Assembly: GCA_963843145.1 (NCBI GenBank)
Contig: CAWJJC010000010.1
Location: 128,001 to 192,000 of the forward strand
Length of the DNA stretch: 64,000 nt
Direction of reading: 5' to 3'
DNA from: an uncultured delta proteobacterium
GTDB taxonomy: Bacteria > Desulfobacterota > RBG-13-43-22
Shown: positions 39,949 to 51,627 of the stretch, in pieces
How positions within the stretch are numbered: the stretch's first letter is position 1
How the letters are laid out: every line of letters starts with the position of its first letter
The notes under the pieces: generated by a model
Databases searched by the model: none
What the model saw: only the letters and a program-made list of their open reading frames with translations
What the model was told of the DNA's origin: nothing
Made by a program: the position numbers and the translations under genes

Positions 39949-41127
39949 ATGGAAAAAAACATTTCATTGAATAAAGTTCGGGAAATCATGCTGGAGTTTT
40001 CCAGCCTGACCGGGCTCTCGGGATCCGGGAAGCCCCCCAAGCGATACTTGTGGACAGACGCCTTTGCCGTCTGCAACTATCTGGAACTTTACCGCCAAAC
40101 CCGGGAAGAGGAATTCCGGGACCTGACCCTGCGGTTGGTTGCCCAGGTTCATCAAAACCTCGGCCGGCACCGGCCGGATGACTCCCGGACCGGTTGGATC
40201 AGCGGCCTGGGGGAAGTAGAAGGTTCGAGACACCCCACCCTCGGGGGATTGCGGATAGGCAAGCCATTACCCGAGCGCCGCATCGGCGAGGCCTACGACG
40301 CGGAACTGGAATGGGACCGGGATGGACAATACTTCCATTATTTGACCAAATGGATGCAGGCCCTCAATCAGGTCAGCCGGGCCACCGGGGACTGGCAGTA
40401 TAACCGCTGGGCCCTGGAGCTGGCTCGAACGGCCCAGGCCCGCTTTGTCACCCTTTCCCCGTCCGGGGTACGGGACCGGATGTATTGGAAAATGAGCATC
40501 GATCTTTCCTTTCCCCAGGTCCCTTCCATGGGACAGCACGATCCACTGGACGGCTTCATTACCTACGCGCAACTCCGGGTAACCGGGGAAAAAGATCCCG
40601 AAAAAAATCCGGACTGGGACCTCACGGCGGAGTTGGCCGAGATGGCCCGGATGTGCCGACACCAGAAGTGGGAAACGGAAGATCCCCTGGGAATCGGCGG
40701 CCTGATGAGCGACGCTTATCGGGCCGCCCAATTGTCCGCCTCGGGAAGAGACCTCCCTGCCGATCTGCCGATTACCTTGCTGGATGCCTCCCTCTCCGGC
40801 TTAGCCTCTTTGGCCCGGAAAAATTCCTGGGATTACCCCGCCGACTATCGGTTGGCTTTCCGGGAGCTGGGATTATCCATCGGGTTTCGGGCTCTCGAGA
40901 AACTGGAGGAATTCATAAAAAACCAACAGGGATCGTTGAAAACGGATACTGCTCTTCACAGCCGGATCGAACGGCTCGCCGCCTACAGGTCTCTCCAGGA
41001 ACAGATCGAGTCTTTCTGGCTTGATCGCCGAAACCGCGCCGTCCCAAGCTGGACGGAGCATCGGGAAATCAACATGGTCATGCTGGCCACCAGCCTGGCC
41101 CCTGACGGATACTTCACGCTTTCCTGA
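39949..41127 (+). CDS. Conserved hypothetical protein (possibly alpha/alpha-barrel)
   Basis: Long ORF with RYLWTDAF, GGLRIGK, DGQYFHYLTKW, HDPLDG, AFRELG, INMVMLAT blocks. Confidence 0.65.
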   Translation: MEKNISLNKVREIMLEFSSLTGLSGSGKPPKRYLWTDAFAVCNYLELYRQTREEEFRDLTLRLVAQVHQNLGRHRPDDSRTGWISGLGEVEGSRHPTLGGLRIGKPLPERRIGEAYDAELEWDRDGQYFHYLTKWMQALNQVSRATGDWQYNRWALELARTAQARFVTLSPSGVRDRMYWKMSIDLSFPQVPSMGQHDPLDGFITYAQLRVTGEKDPEKNPDWDLTAELAEMARMCRHQKWETEDPLGIGGLMSDAYRAAQLSASGRDLPADLPITLLDASLSGLASLARKNSWDYPADYRLAFRELGLSIGFRALEKLEEFIKNQQGSLKTDTALHSRIERLAAYRSLQEQIESFWLDRRNRAVPSWTEHREINMVMLATSLAPDGYFTLS

Positions 41128-41317
41128 CCGGCGATCCCTCCCGATTTTTGCATCCAGGCCCAGGCCCCAATGATCGGGCGAACCTCTCTATTTTGGGGTC
41201 TTGACAGACAATCCGAAAGGGGTATGATGATCTTTAAAAGGCAGCAAGTCTTCCCGACCGGTTGATCTGCTGCTGATAAACCGGGAATAAAACGTGTCGC
41301 TTCTCTGGAGACCAGGA

Positions 41318-44300
41318 ATGGCCCCTTTCGGTCAGGTGCTCGGTATAGACATCGGTTCCGTTTCCCTGGCCATCGCCTGCCTGGCTCCCGACACCACCAT
41401 CCTGGAAACCTTCTACGCCTTCCATCAGGGGAAGATAGCGGAAACCCTGAATTCCCTGCTCTCCGGGTATCCGCTCGAACCCGTCGGCCATCTGGCCTGC
41501 ACCTCCTCCACCCCCGAAACTATCGGCCCCGCGGTCCGCTACGATACCCAGTTGGCGGTCATCAGCGGCGCCTCCCTGGTCCGGGAAAAAATCGGAAGCA
41601 TCCTCCTGGTGGGGGGCGAAAAATTCAGCCTGCTGCAGTTCGACCCCCAGGGCCGGTACCGGCGGTCCAAAACCAACACCTCCTGCGCCGCGGGAACCGG
41701 CAGTTTTCTTGACCAACAGGCCTTTCGTTTGAACCTGCAGGGGGTCGAGGCGCTGGCCGAATTGGCCGATTCCAATCAAGGGGAAATCCCCAAGATCGCC
41801 TCGCGTTGCGCGGTATTCGCCAAAACCGACCTGAGCCATGCCCAACAGGAGGGGTATTCCCTGGCCGAGATCTGCGACGGCCTCTGCTTCGGGCTGGCCC
41901 GCAATATCGTGGATACCCTCTTTACCGGCGACGGCGTGACGGCGCCGGTGATTATGAGCGGGGGGGTGTCATTGAACCGGGCCGTGGTCCGGCATCTTTC
42001 CAGGCTGATCGGAATGCCGATCGAGGCGGACGCCTATTCCCCGCTCCACGGGGCCATCGGCGCCGCCGCCTGCCTGCTCCGGGAAAACAATTTTGAAAAC
42101 CCGCTGTCGATTCGCCGGCCGGCCGAGCTGTTCCGGCCCTCGGCGGAAAAACGGACCTATTTCTATCCGCCGCTTTTGACGACCTCTTCCGAGGTCCCCG
42201 ATTTTCACCCCCCGGAGAGTTACCTTTACCGCTCCGCCCGTTCCGATTTCCAGCCCGGGGTGGAGGTGGAACGGTTCGAACCCCTTTCAGCGGGGGAAAA
42301 CAACACGGTATTTCTCGGCCTGGATATTGGCTCCACCAGCACCAAAGCCGTTCTGACCGGCCCGGGCCGGAAGGTGGTCGCCGGATTTTACACCCGCACG
42401 GCCGGACGGCCCTTGCAGGCCGTCCAGGTCCTTCTGGAGGCCATGGATGACCTGGCCCGGAAGCAGGGGACGACCTTCCAGGTCCTGGGAGCCGGAACGA
42501 CCGGATCGGGACGGACCTTCATCGGCCGGATTATCGGGGCCGACCTGATCATCGACGAAATCACGGCCCATGCCCGAGCCGCGGTGGAGTTAAACCCGGC
42601 CGTCGACACGATCATCGAGATCGGCGGACAGGACTCGAAGTTCACTACCCTGAACCAGGGGTTGGTCACTTTCTCGACGATGAATGCCGTCTGTGCCGCC
42701 GGGACGGGCAGCTTTATCGAGGAGCAGGCCTCCCGGCTCGGCTGTCCGCTGACCGAATACTCCCGGCGGGCCGAGGGGATTCGGGCCCCGCTGGCCAGCG
42801 ACCGCTGCACCGTGTTCATGGAACGGGACCTGAATCATTATCTCAGCAAAGGCTATGGGGTCGACGAGATCCTGGCCGCGGTGCTCCACGCCGTGCGGGA
42901 CAACTACCTGTCCAAGGTGGCCGTGGGCTCCCGCATCGGAACCTGCCTTACTTTCCAGGGGGCGACCGGACGGAACCGGGCCCTGGTGGCGGCCTTTGAG
43001 CAGAAGCTGGGCCAACCGATCTTCGTCTCCCCTTACTGCCACCTGACCGGGGCCCTGGGGACGGCCTATATCCTGGAGGAGGGCGGCCTGAATCGCTCGG
43101 CCTTCCGGGGGATCGAACTCTATAAACAATCGGTCCCGATCGAGACCGAAGTCTGCGAATACTGCACCAACCACTGCAAGATCAAACTCGCCCGCCTGGA
43201 CGGCGAAACGGTGGCCTACGGTTTTCTCTGCGGCCGGGATTATGATACCCGGGAATTCGTCAATAAGAACCGCTCCGGCTTCGATCTCCTCCAGGAACGG
43301 GCCCGGGCCTTCCGGTTTAAACCGGGAACCCACGATACCGGGCCGACCATCGGGCTTCCGGCGGCCCTGCATCTCTTCGAAGACCTGCCTTTCTGGAAAA
43401 AGTTCTTCGACCTGCTGGAGCTGAAGACCCGGTCGAGCGAGGACTGCCGGGATGCCGTCGCCAGGGGAAAGTCTCTGGCCGGCGCCGAATTTTGCGCGCC
43501 CATCGCCGCCCTTCATGGCCATGTTTCCTATCTGGCCCAGCGCTGCGATTCTATTTTTTTGCCGATTTACCTGGAAGCCCGGGACAAGCCGCCGGGACGG
43601 ATACGAAAATACTGCTATTACACCCAGTACGCGCCGGCCCTTGTCTCTCGGATGGAAGAGACCGTTCGCCGGAAGTGCCTGGTACCGCTTCTGGACACCA
43701 ACGCCGGGATTAGTACCGGACTCCGGCGGCTGCACCAGGTCTTGAAACAGGTCAAACCGGGGCTCTCCTTCCTCAAAGTCCACTCGGCCTTTCAACAGGC
43801 CCGGGCCTTTCAGGCGCCGGTCGGAAGCGGCTGATCGAGCTTTTCGAACGCCGCGTCTCTGAGAGCGGCGAAATCAAAGTCGTCTTATTGGGCCGCCCCT
43901 ATACCCTCTTCTCCCGGGTCATGAACAAGGGGATCCCCGATATCTTCGGGTCCCTGGGAATCCAGACCTTCTCCCAGGATATGCTGGCCGGGACCGCGGA
44001 TAGGGCTCAGGAGATCGGCGGGCTGCTGCGGGCCTTTCACTGGAATTACGCGGCCGCCATCCTGGAGGCCGCCGAAGCAGTCGCTTCCCGGGAAGGGATC
44101 TACCCCGTGCTGGTCACTTCCTTTAAATGCTCTCCGGATTCCTTCGTGACCGACTACTTCAAGCAGATCCTGGAAGGGGCCGGGAAACCCTACCTGATCC
44201 TGCAACTGGACGAGCACGATTCCAGCGTGGGTTACGAAACCCGGATCGAAGCGGCCGTACGAGCCTTCGGCAACCACTTCCGGAGGAAAGCCCGGATCGT

Positions 44301-45568
44301 CGGGCATCGGGTTCGGGAAGTAAATCCCCGTACCGAAAACGAGATCGGCGGCAAAACGCTGCTGCTGCCGAACTGGGATCCGATCTGCTGCCGGCTGATC
44401 GCGGCCAATCTGGTTCGGCACGGGGTGGATGCCCGGGTGTTGGAGGAGAACCGGGTCCTGATTCAGAAGAGCCTGCGCCACAATACCGGACAATGCCTGC
44501 CGCTCAATGCCATCGCCCAGGAGTTCATGGAGTATATCGAAACCCACCGACTGGAACCCGAAAAAACCCTGCTCTGGATGGCCGGTTCCGAGATCGCCTG
44601 CAATGTGCGGCTCTTTCCCTATTACATCCGGAGCATCCTGGATGCCCGCGGAGGAGGGCTGGAGAAAGCCGGCGTCTATGTGGGGAATATTACTTTTACC
44701 GAATTGTCGTCCCGTATCGGGGTGGATACTTACTTTGCTTTTTTGTTCGGGGGCTTTATTCGAAAAATAGCCTGTAGGCTTCGCCCCTATGAGCTGACCC
44801 GGGGTGAAACCGACCGGGCGGTTTCCCGGGCCGTTCAGATCGCCGCCGATTCTTTCCTGGGGAAACAGGACCGGGAGGCGGCCGCCCGGGAAATTTCGCG
44901 GTTGTTTCAGGAAATCCGGGTGGACCGCAGCCAGTCCGCGTCCCTTGGTGGCCGTCTTCGGGGATCTTTATACCCGCGACAACGACGTCATGAACCAGGA
45001 CCTGATCCCGGCCATCGAGCAGGCCGGCGGGGAGGCGGTCACCACGCCCTACAGCGACTACCTCAAGATGATCGCCGAGCCCTATTTCCGGCGCTGGCTG
45101 ACGGAAAAGCACTACTGGATGGTACTGGTCAACAAGGCCCTGCTCGGACTGGTCAGCATCCTGGATCGAAAATATTACCGGATCTTTCAACCGCTATTGG
45201 GCGACCCCTATCCCGTCTACCCGCGCGGAGCCCTGGAAATCCTCTCGCGATTCAATTTGCAGGCCCAGCACGCCGGGGAGTCCATGGAGAACCTGGTCAA
45301 GGTCTTTTCCCTGCTGCGGCTTCACCCGGGGATTTCCCTTTTCGTCCAGGCCAGCCCGGCCTTCTGCTGCCCTTCGCTGGTGACCGAGGCCATGGGACGG
45401 GACATCGAGCGCCAGACCGGCATCCCGGTGGTTTCCATCACCTATGACGGGACGGGCAGCCCCAAGAACGACGTGATTATCCCCTATATCCAATACACCC
45501 TCCAGTCGGCCTCCAGCTCCCCATATTCGGCTTCAGGGGCCAGAAGCTCCAGGGGACGGGTGACCTGA
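41318..45568 (+). CDS. Acyl-CoA dehydratase activase-like multidomain protein (two BadF/BcrAD ATPase domains plus DUF2229-type domains); frameshifts near 43815 and 44935
   Basis: GIDIGS/GLDIGST, CAAGTGSF twice, RCAVF/RCTVF, EIGGQDSK, CxxCxxxC, SFKCSPD, FCCP. Confidence 0.85.
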
Positions 45569-45598
45569 AATGGCTTTCCAAATACCGGCTGAAACACG

Positions 45599-45915
45599 AG
45601 GTTGTTCGCCCTTTTGGGTGGGTGGCCACAATATACGTGGCAGCCTAGTCTGAAATCGAAGCTCCGAAGCCGCCGGGTCTCGGCGAAAGGGTTTTCCATC
45701 TCGCTTTTTCGGTTCTAACCCGGCCCCCATCTAGTCAAATCTTCGAGGAGGCAGGGCCGGCCTGATAGGCATCAAAGGCCTCTGAATTTGGGCCTGCTTT
45801 AAATAAAATTAGTAGTTTAGGCCCGGATTCGAAGTCCGGAGTACCTTTGGAAAACCCTTTCGCCGAGACCCGGCGGCCATACCAGATCTGGGGGGTACCC
45901 ACCCAAAAGGGCGAA
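45599..45915. repeat. ~320-nt structured intergenic element, copy 2
   Basis: Perfect 19-bp terminal IR (45605-45623/45897-45915) and perfect 30-bp inner IR (45669-45698/45848-45877). Confidence 0.88.
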
Positions 45916-46066
45916 GCATCAAAGAAAATGGGGCGTCAAAGAAAAATTCGAGCCCCCTTTGAATTTGAAACGTCAGAGAAGTTATCCACCGGTCCCTTAT
46001 CCCCGGAGGAACCAGCCCCCAAGTCAGTAGTTGAAACAAAATCAGTCATGCGGGAGAGGAAGTATT

Positions 46067-46930
46067 ATGGGAATAGAGACTGTCGCCATTGTCGGCCTGG
46101 GAACCATGGGAAGCCAAATCGCCGTTGTTTGTGCCCAAGGGGGGTTTAAAACGATGGTCTTGGATATCTCTGAAGAGCGGTTGGTCAGAGGAAAAGCGGC
46201 CATCGGCTCCTTTCTGGATAACGAGGTTAGGAAAAAAAAGAGGGATCAGGAAGCACGGAATCAGGCTTTGGGGGCCATCCAAACCACCACCAAGCCGGAG
46301 GAGGCTTTTGAAGACGCCGATCTGGTGATCGAAGCGGTTTATGAAGACATTCAAACAAAACGGGCAATCTTCCAGGAGGCCGACCGGAGGTGCCCGCCGC
46401 GGACAATCCTGGCCAGCAATACCTCGACCCTCTCCATCTCAGAGCTGGCCGCCGGGACTCACCGGCCGGACCGCTGCCTGGGGACCCATTTCCTGATTCC
46501 CGCCGCCCTGACCCCTCTGGTGGAGGTAGTCCGGGGCCTCGACACCTCGGACCAAACGCATGAGGCGGCAATCGGCTTTCTGAAACAGTGCGGAAAGGAA
46601 ACAGTAACGGTAGCCGATTCTCCGGGATTTGTGATCAACCGGATCTACCTTCCCCTGGTTAATGAGGCTTTTTTTGCCCTGGAAACCTCATTGGCCGCTG
46701 CCGGCGACATCGACCGCTGCTGCCAAAAGGGCTTGGGATTTCCCCTGGGTCCGCTGGCGGCTGCCGATGCCTTCGGCCTCGACATCCTGCTCGACTGTAT
46801 GCACAGCCTGCACCGGGAACTGGGCGATAAATACCGGCCCGCCCCCCTGCTGGTCAAACTGGTTAAGGCCGGCCGGTTGGGGCGAAAAACCGGGCAAGGG
46901 GTTTATGACTATAGCCCGAGCAAAAAGTAA
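46067..46930 (+). CDS. 3-hydroxyacyl-CoA (3-hydroxybutyryl-CoA) dehydrogenase
   Basis: [33 protein letters not shown]. Confidence 0.9.
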   Translation: MGIETVAIVGLGTMGSQIAVVCAQGGFKTMVLDISEERLVRGKAAIGSFLDNEVRKKKRDQEARNQALGAIQTTTKPEEAFEDADLVIEAVYEDIQTKRAIFQEADRRCPPRTILASNTSTLSISELAAGTHRPDRCLGTHFLIPAALTPLVEVVRGLDTSDQTHEAAIGFLKQCGKETVTVADSPGFVINRIYLPLVNEAFFALETSLAAAGDIDRCCQKGLGFPLGPLAAADAFGLDILLDCMHSLHRELGDKYRPAPLLVKLVKAGRLGRKTGQGVYDYSPSKK

Positions 46931-46976
46931 GGTTCCGCCTCCGAAGAGACCGGGTTTGATCTCCTCCTAAAGGCCA

Positions 46977-48536
46977 TCAGAGATACCGAACCCGGAGGAT
47001 GGTTTTTAGGACCTTTCCGGTGGGGTTGCGGGGAATCTCGCCGAAGAAAACCTTTCGCGGGCGTTTGTACTTTGCCAGTGCCTCACAAAAGGCCAGGACC
47101 TCTTCTTCGCTCAACCCGCCTCCCGGGATGACCTCTATGACCACCGCCACGATCTCGCCCAGCCGTTCATCGGGGTAACCGATGACCGCCGTATCCTTGA
47201 CCTGCGGATGGGTGTGGATATGGTTTTCGACTTCCACGGGAAAGACGTTTTCGCCTCCGCAGATGATGATATCTTTTTTACGGTCCACCAGGTAAACGAA
47301 GCCGTCTCCGTCCTCTCGAGCCATGTCCCCGGTGTACAACCAGCCCTCCCGTAGCGTCTGGGCCGTGGCCTCGGGATTGCGGTAATATTCCTTCATCACC
47401 CCGCCACCCCGAATCGTCAGCTCCCCCACCGCCCCGGGATCGACTTTTTTTCCGTATTCATCGACGATGCGCATTTCCCAGTTAAACCCCGGACGACCGA
47501 TGGCCCCCACTTTATGAACGTTTTCGATGCCCAGTTGAAAACAGTTCGGGCCGGTGGCCTCGCTTAACCCGTAGGTGGTATTGTACTGGATGGCCGGAAA
47601 ATACTTCCGCCAGCGGCTCACCAGAGAAGGCGGGATGGGCATGGCGCCCATGTGCATCAAACGCCAGGCGGATAGGTCGTAGTCCTCCAAATTCAGTTTT
47701 TCGCTGTCCAGTTCCAACAGGATATCCTGAGCCCAGGGCACCAGCAGCCAGAGGATCGTGCCTTTCTCTTGACTCATGGCCTCCAGAATCCAGCGGGGGC
47801 TGACTCCCTTGAGGATCACGGCCCGGCTGCCTACGATGAGGCTGCCCAGCCAGTGCATCATGGCCCCGGTATGGTAGAGCGGGGGGATAAGGACAAAGTT
47901 GTCTTCTTTGTTCTGGCCATGATGAACCTTTTCCGTTATAGCGGCGCAGGACAGGTTCTGATGGGTCAGCAGGATCGGTTTCGGGCGGCCGGTCGTGCCG
48001 GAGGTAAAGTAGAGCCCGCCGGGGTCTTCCGGACCGATAGCCACCGGGCAGGGTCCCGGCGAGCCATTTTGCAGGGCCTCCGCGAAGGAAACCGCGTAGG
48101 CCGGGGTGACCTCACCCAGAGCGATGAAGGTCTCCGCGCTTTTTATGGACTGCCAAAGGGGATCGATCCGGTCGCTGAATTCCTCCCCGAAGAGGACGGC
48201 CTTGGGTTCCGCCACAGCGGCACAATAGCGGATCTCTTCCACGGAAAACCGAAAATTAAGCGGGACCACCCAGGCTCCCGTTCGCAGGATGCCGAAATAG
48301 GCGATCAACCAGTCGATAGAATTGTATACCAGGTGGATGACTCGATCGCCCTTCCCGATGCCTCTCTGTCTCAGAAAATCGGCCAATCGGTTGGCCTGCC
48401 GGTCGAACTCCTGCCAGGTGATCACAATCCGCTGGTTTTGGGCGGGGTTCCGCTCCACCAGGGCGATTTCTTGCGGGAACATCCGGCCGTTCCGGGCCAG
48501 CATTTCAGCGATGTGAATAAAAAATGGATTCATCAA
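46977..48536 (-). CDS. Acyl-CoA synthetase (AMP-binding)
   Basis: YFTSGTTGRPK, YGLSE, YTGD, PRNPTGK. Confidence 0.92.
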   Translation of the reverse strand: MMNPFFIHIAEMLARNGRMFPQEIALVERNPAQNQRIVITWQEFDRQANRLADFLRQRGIGKGDRVIHLVYNSIDWLIAYFGILRTGAWVVPLNFRFSVEEIRYCAAVAEPKAVLFGEEFSDRIDPLWQSIKSAETFIALGEVTPAYAVSFAEALQNGSPGPCPVAIGPEDPGGLYFTSGTTGRPKPILLTHQNLSCAAITEKVHHGQNKEDNFVLIPPLYHTGAMMHWLGSLIVGSRAVILKGVSPRWILEAMSQEKGTILWLLVPWAQDILLELDSEKLNLEDYDLSAWRLMHMGAMPIPPSLVSRWRKYFPAIQYNTTYGLSEATGPNCFQLGIENVHKVGAIGRPGFNWEMRIVDEYGKKVDPGAVGELTIRGGGVMKEYYRNPEATAQTLREGWLYTGDMAREDGDGFVYLVDRKKDIIICGGENVFPVEVENHIHTHPQVKDTAVIGYPDERLGEIVAVVIEVIPGGGLSEEEVLAFCEALAKYKRPRKVFFGEIPRNPTGKVLKTILRVRYL

Positions 48537-48681
48537 TATTCCCTCGAGATTTTTGTCGCTCCGCCCTTTTATTGCAGGAATGACAATATGAAGGCCAGGG
48601 GATAGTCGGTTCTATTATGTAGACATGAATAGGTAGGCACCCACCCTATCTGGCATGAAAACGGTTCATTGATCCGCTGAT

Positions 48682-49197
48682 CTACCGTCGGGGATCCGCG
48701 GCCAGCCTTTCCCGCAGCAGCGATTTTTCCGCCATCATGCCCTTCAGCCGGTCCGACGGTCCAAAATAGATACAATGCCCTTCACAGACGTTATCCGCGC
48801 AGGCGGGGATCAGCCCTCGATCCAGCCGCTGGACGCACAGGTTGCATTTATAGGCTTTCCCTTCCCGTTCAGCAAAGGCGATGGCCTGGTAGGGGCAGGC
48901 CTCCAGGCAGAGGGTGCATCCGGTGCAGGCCGCCGTTTCCAGAATGACCAGCCCGTCTTCTCGCCGGGTGATGGCCTCCACCGGACAGGCCTCCACGCAG
49001 GGCGGGTCATCGCAATGGCGGCAGAGATTAACTCGGTAGCTGAAGTCCAGCTTGCCCTCAACCCGCCGAGGGCCCTCTTCAATCACTGAAATCAGGCGAA
49101 CGCCGTCGGGTGCCTGGTTTTCCTGCTTGCAGGCCACTTCGCAGGTCCGGCAGCCCCAGCAGGCTCTATTATCGACGGCCAATCGGTAGTCGGTCAT
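48682..49197 (-). CDS. DmsB-like 4Fe-4S subunit
   Basis: CWGCRTC, CRHC..PC, CTGCTLC..CP, KCNLC. Confidence 0.88.
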   Translation of the reverse strand: MTDYRLAVDNRACWGCRTCEVACKQENQAPDGVRLISVIEEGPRRVEGKLDFSYRVNLCRHCDDPPCVEACPVEAITRREDGLVILETAACTGCTLCLEACPYQAIAFAEREGKAYKCNLCVQRLDRGLIPACADNVCEGHCIYFGPSDRLKGMMAEKSLLRERLAADPRR

Positions 49198-49231
49198 GAT
49201 ACTTCGCCTCCTCTTTCAGAAAAACCGCGAC

Positions 49232-51385
49232 CTACGGAAGCGGTTTTTCTTCCGGGTAGATTTTACAAAGCAGGGTCCGGATGCTGGTGGCCCCCATGGC
49301 CGGGTCCATGGATTCATAGGCATTGTCGGTCAGGATGTTGATATTGGATTCCTCCCAACCGTGACCGGGGTCTTTCTTTTCCGGAAACCACCAGCCGTGC
49401 TGGGCGGCCACGATCCGGGGGTCCATGCCGGCAAAGAGTTTGGCCCGCTGCCGGACCTTCCCCCGTGGGGATTCGATAACCACCCAATCCCCTTCCAGTA
49501 TCCCCTCCCGGGCGGCGGCCTCCGGGTGGATCTCCACGACCGGGTCCCGATGAAGGTCCCGGAGCCAGGGGACCTGTCGGTTTTCGGTATGGAAGAACCC
49601 CGGCTGCCTGGCCCCGGTAATCAGGATGTACGGGTAGTCCCGGTAGCGTTCCGGCGTGCTGACCGGGCTCTCGGGTGGTTCCCGAAACTGGGGCAGGGGA
49701 TCACAGCCCATCCGTTCCAGGGAGGTGCAATAGAGCTCAAACTTACCCGTGGGTGTGGAGAAGCCGCCCTGCTCATACTTCCGGTAACGCACTTCCCCGC
49801 GGATACAATCCATTTTTTTGAATTCCTGCCAAGTGACGCCCAGCGGCTTGAGGATGTAGTCCAGGCCGCCCTCGAAGGTGTCCCACCAATACTCGCCCTG
49901 GCCGATGCGACGGGCCAGGTCGTTAAGCATCTCGTGGTCGGAGCGGCACTCGCCGATCTGGACCACCTTGCGCCGGGGGAGCAGCCGGCCGTGGCGCTTC
50001 CAGAAATCGCCGATATAATCCATCTCCAGCCAGGTGGCGGCGGGCAGCACGACATCGGCCAGTTCGGCCGTGGGGGTCATAAAGAAATCAGCCACGGCCA
50101 TGAACTCCACCCGCTCCAGGGCCCGGTAGACTTCGCGGGCATTGGCCCGGGTGATGAGGGGATTGGAGCTGATGAAAAAAAGCATCTTCACCGGATAAGG
50201 CTTCTCTTCCAGAATGGCGTCCCAAACCGCCTTGGGTTGAATAATGGCGAACCGGCCGGCCAGGCGAAAGCGCTCCCCGCCCAGACGCTTAGCCGCCTGT
50301 TCCGGGGGGAGCAGGCCGTGGGCCCCGAATTTCCCCACGTTGTGGACGGGCGGGGTCCGGTAGAGCACCTGCCCTCCGGGCACGTCGATGTTCCCGGTAA
50401 TCCCCATGAGGCACAAGAGGACCCGGTCGTTATCGGCGCAGGTGTTCTGCTGCTCGATGGCCACCCCCCACTGAATGGCCGCCGGCTTGGTCCGGGCAAA
50501 GAGGCGGGCGGCCTCCCGGATCTTTTCCGGGGGAACCCAGGTAATCCGCTCCACTTTATCCAGCGGATATTCATTGACCCGCTGGACGAACTCTTCCCAG
50601 CCGTGGGTGTAGCGCTCCACAAACTCCCGGTCGTACAGCTCTTCGTGGATAATGACCCAGGCCATACCCAGAGCCAGGGCCGTATCCGTCCCCGGGCGGA
50701 GTGGCAGCCAGACGTCGGCCCGGGCGGCGGCCCGGGTCAGGCGGGGATCGACCACGATCAGCTTGGCGCCGGCCTCGAGGGCCACGGAAAAGGGCTCCCC
50801 CTTGTAGCAGTCCGGATTGCTGATGACCACGTTATTGCCCCACATCATCAGACATTGGGGACGGTTTTCATAATCCACGATGGGGTTGGTGCCGCAGGTA
50901 AGGATGCTGGTGGCGATCCGGGGCCCGTAGCAGAAGTGACCGGCCGTCAGCACATTGGGGGATCCCAGCAGGTTGGCGATCCGGTAGATGGCCGCCTCGT
51001 TTTCCCGTCCGGTCCCATACCCGAAGACGACCGATTCGGCTCCGAACCGTTCCTTATAGTCCAGGATCCGGGCGGCGATCGTATCCAGGGCTTCATCCCA
51101 GGAGATGCGCTCCCAGCGTCCGCTGCCCTTGGGACCCACCCGTTTTACCGGGTAGGTCAGCCGATCGGGATGGTAGACCAGTTGCGTCGAGGCCAGTCCT
51201 TTGCTGCAGAGCGTGCCGTGGTTGATCGGGCAGTCCGGGTCCCCGGCTATTTTGGCGATGCGTCCGTCTTTAACATAGACCAGGACCCCGCAGCCGCCGT
51301 GACAATTCCGGCAATGGCTCTTGACGACCCGGTCATAGCCGTAGACCTCCATTTCCCGGGCCACGTTGGAAAAGCGGTATTCCAT
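49232..51385 (-). CDS. Mo/W-bisPGD oxidoreductase catalytic subunit (acetylene-hydratase-like subfamily, cytoplasmic)
   Basis: CRNCHGGC...LCSKG, ISWDEAL, AGHFC, ADVVLPA, TPTGKFE, HGWW; no Tat signal. Confidence 0.85.
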   Translation of the reverse strand: MEYRFSNVAREMEVYGYDRVVKSHCRNCHGGCGVLVYVKDGRIAKIAGDPDCPINHGTLCSKGLASTQLVYHPDRLTYPVKRVGPKGSGRWERISWDEALDTIAARILDYKERFGAESVVFGYGTGRENEAAIYRIANLLGSPNVLTAGHFCYGPRIATSILTCGTNPIVDYENRPQCLMMWGNNVVISNPDCYKGEPFSVALEAGAKLIVVDPRLTRAAARADVWLPLRPGTDTALALGMAWVIIHEELYDREFVERYTHGWEEFVQRVNEYPLDKVERITWVPPEKIREAARLFARTKPAAIQWGVAIEQQNTCADNDRVLLCLMGITGNIDVPGGQVLYRTPPVHNVGKFGAHGLLPPEQAAKRLGGERFRLAGRFAIIQPKAVWDAILEEKPYPVKMLFFISSNPLITRANAREVYRALERVEFMAVADFFMTPTAELADVVLPAATWLEMDYIGDFWKRHGRLLPRRKVVQIGECRSDHEMLNDLARRIGQGEYWWDTFEGGLDYILKPLGVTWQEFKKMDCIRGEVRYRKYEQGGFSTPTGKFELYCTSLERMGCDPLPQFREPPESPVSTPERYRDYPYILITGARQPGFFHTENRQVPWLRDLHRDPVVEIHPEAAAREGILEGDWVVIESPRGKVRQRAKLFAGMDPRIVAAQHGWWFPEKKDPGHGWEESNINILTDNAYESMDPAMGATSIRTLLCKIYPEEKPLP

Positions 51386-51411
51386 GCACTTGCCTTTCTT
51401 CGAAAAAAGTC

Positions 51412-51525
51412 GTCACCCCGGCGAAAGCCCTTCGGCTTACTCAGGGCCATGAGCATTGTCGAATGGCCGGGGTCCAGGGCAGGAAAGCTCCGATGTTCTG
51501 GATGCCGGATCGAGTCCGGCATGAC
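51412..51525. repeat. REP/RPE-like palindrome with a nested 36-nt insertion
   Basis: GTCACCCCGGCGAAAGCC[insert 51430-51465]GCCGGGGTCCAG...CTGGATGCCGGATCGAGTCCGGCATGAC. Confidence 0.7.
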
Positions 51526-51627
51526 TCTTAAAAATAAAAGGGCCCAGGCAACAGCTTAACTAATTGATTTTAAAAATTAATGATCAATTGTTAATTATTA
51601 ATCGTTAACCCTTTCCCTACCTCTCCC

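Noticed and set aside
22745-44945. Frameshifts in cooS (1), lhr (3) and the activase (2) as programmed frameshifting or true pseudogenes
   Set aside because: They are single-base indels with no slippery heptamers, in genes with otherwise intact motifs; sequencing or assembly error is the simpler reading. Raw reads are needed to decide.
49232-51385. True acetylene hydratase
   Set aside because: The catalytic Asp position is His, and a redox partner subunit is present
49196-51559. Long antisense ORFs (787 aa here; also 13969-15291, 16949-18334, 4732-5895, 42590-43795)
   Set aside because: Shadow frames opposite well-supported genes in GC-rich DNA, with no recognisable motifs
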